Source: Bdellovibrionales bacterium (GTDB taxonomy: Bacteria > Bdellovibrionota > Bdellovibrionia > Bdellovibrionales > UBA1609). Taken from it: a stretch of 64,000 bases of DNA. Shown here one piece after another: positions 63,459 to 64,000 of this stretch (its first letter is position 1; each line of letters opens with the position of its first letter). The position numbers were made by a program, and so were the translations under genes. Location of the stretch: contig OZ245336.1 of the NCBI GenBank assembly GCA_965226095.1, positions 143,472 to 207,471 on the forward strand, read 5' to 3'. The notes below the pieces were generated by a model. That model made no database searches. It saw only the letters and a program-made list of their open reading frames with translations, and was not told the DNA's origin.

Positions 63459-64000
63459 TTGTCTTTCTTTCATAGCACATTAAACAGAAAAATTCTTTTA
63501 TTAGTTCTATTATTTACTGGGCTGGGATTGGTGCAAGTGTACAGCGCCAGTTACATTTTTTCCATAGAAAAATACCAAGACGGCTTCTTTTTTTTAAAAA
63601 GACAAACTCTCTTTGCTATTCTAGGTTTAATCGGTTTATTTTTTATAGCCAGCATTTCATGGAAATGGGCACGCTTTACAGGAATTGGTTTGTGGCTTGT
63701 TTCTATTTTCATGTTAATTTTCACCCTTATTCCTCAAATTGGTGTATCTGCTGGTGGTGCTCAAAGATGGATATCTCTTCCTTTTGGATTTCATCTACAA
63801 CCTTCAGAGTTGTTTAAAGTGACAACTCCTTTTGCACTTATTTATTTAATCGCTATAAAAGATAAAAATATATTTAATCACTCCATGTTATTTTGGATAC
63901 TCCCAGTGTTCGCATTTGGATTACCCATGTTGGTTTTATCTTTACAACCAGATTTTGGAACAATGGTACTGTTGTGTTGTGTCGCTTTAAGTGTAGTTTT
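63459..64000 (+). CDS. FtsW/RodA/SpoVE (SEDS) family protein, partial (runs off window end)
   Basis: Own translation: LSFFHSTLNRKILLLVLLFTGLGLVQVYSASY...GAQRWISLPFGFHLQPSELFKV...LQPDFGT. These are the conserved SEDS motifs. It is absent from the ORF track because there is no stop codon inside the window. TTG start at 63459 is tentative. Confidence 0.75.
   Translation, partial: MSFFHSTLNRKILLLVLLFTGLGLVQVYSASYIFSIEKYQDGFFFLKRQTLFAILGLIGLFFIASISWKWARFTGIGLWLVSIFMLIFTLIPQIGVSAGGAQRWISLPFGFHLQPSELFKVTTPFALIYLIAIKDKNIFNHSMLFWILPVFAFGLPMLVLSLQPDFGTMVLLCCVALSVV

Overview
This is an AT-rich (roughly one-third GC by eye) bacterial chromosomal segment, densely coded on both strands. I call about 53 CDS and 2 tRNAs (Arg-TCT, Val-TAC). 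I see no rRNA, CRISPR array, transposase, phage genes or recognisable defence system. All functional calls rest on motif recognition in the supplied translations; no database search was possible.

The backbone is housekeeping:
- Translation and proteostasis: argS, ileS-lspA, map, tig, pepA, clpP-clpX-lon.
- Metabolism: fumC, pdxH, serA, ndh, and a shikimate cluster aroB/aroA/aroK-D-E.
- Transport: nhaA, and a Dpp/Opp-type permease pair coupled to nagZ with a duplicated ABC ATPase nearby.
- Cell envelope, division and DNA: recO, divIVA, an FtsW/RodA-type protein, Tad-pilus-associated genes, a sigma54 activator and a Xer-type recombinase.

DivIVA, Tad genes, a sigma54 enhancer-binding protein, many Sel1-repeat proteins and a SWIB domain in a low-GC genome suggest a host- or prey-associated Bdellovibrionota/Oligoflexia-like organism. 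That placement is low confidence.

The non-routine content, in the order I rank it:
1. A helical-repeat regulator with a C-terminal OmpR-type winged helix, co-transcribed with a secreted protein. That protein carries a 15-aa Pro-rich peptide twice, identical in amino acids but differing at 10 synonymous codon positions.
2. A secreted protein built from about 10 near-identical 35/36-aa helical repeats whose variation is concentrated at a few positions.
3. A recurring palindrome, TGTGAAA-N3-TTTCACA, in the promoter regions of three orphan secreted or membrane proteins, including a 1489-aa giant.
4. A shikimate cluster collinear with the eukaryotic AROM polypeptide, including a trifunctional AroK-AroD-AroE fusion.
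5. A hairpin-dense intergenic region downstream of tRNA-Arg that holds three copies of the tRNA 3' end.
6. Two small intergenic repeat families.
7. A lysine-rich histone-H1-like repeat fused to a SWIB domain.

I cannot identify a known defence or mobile system here. The candidate-system hypotheses in the findings are inferences that need homology and structure searches.
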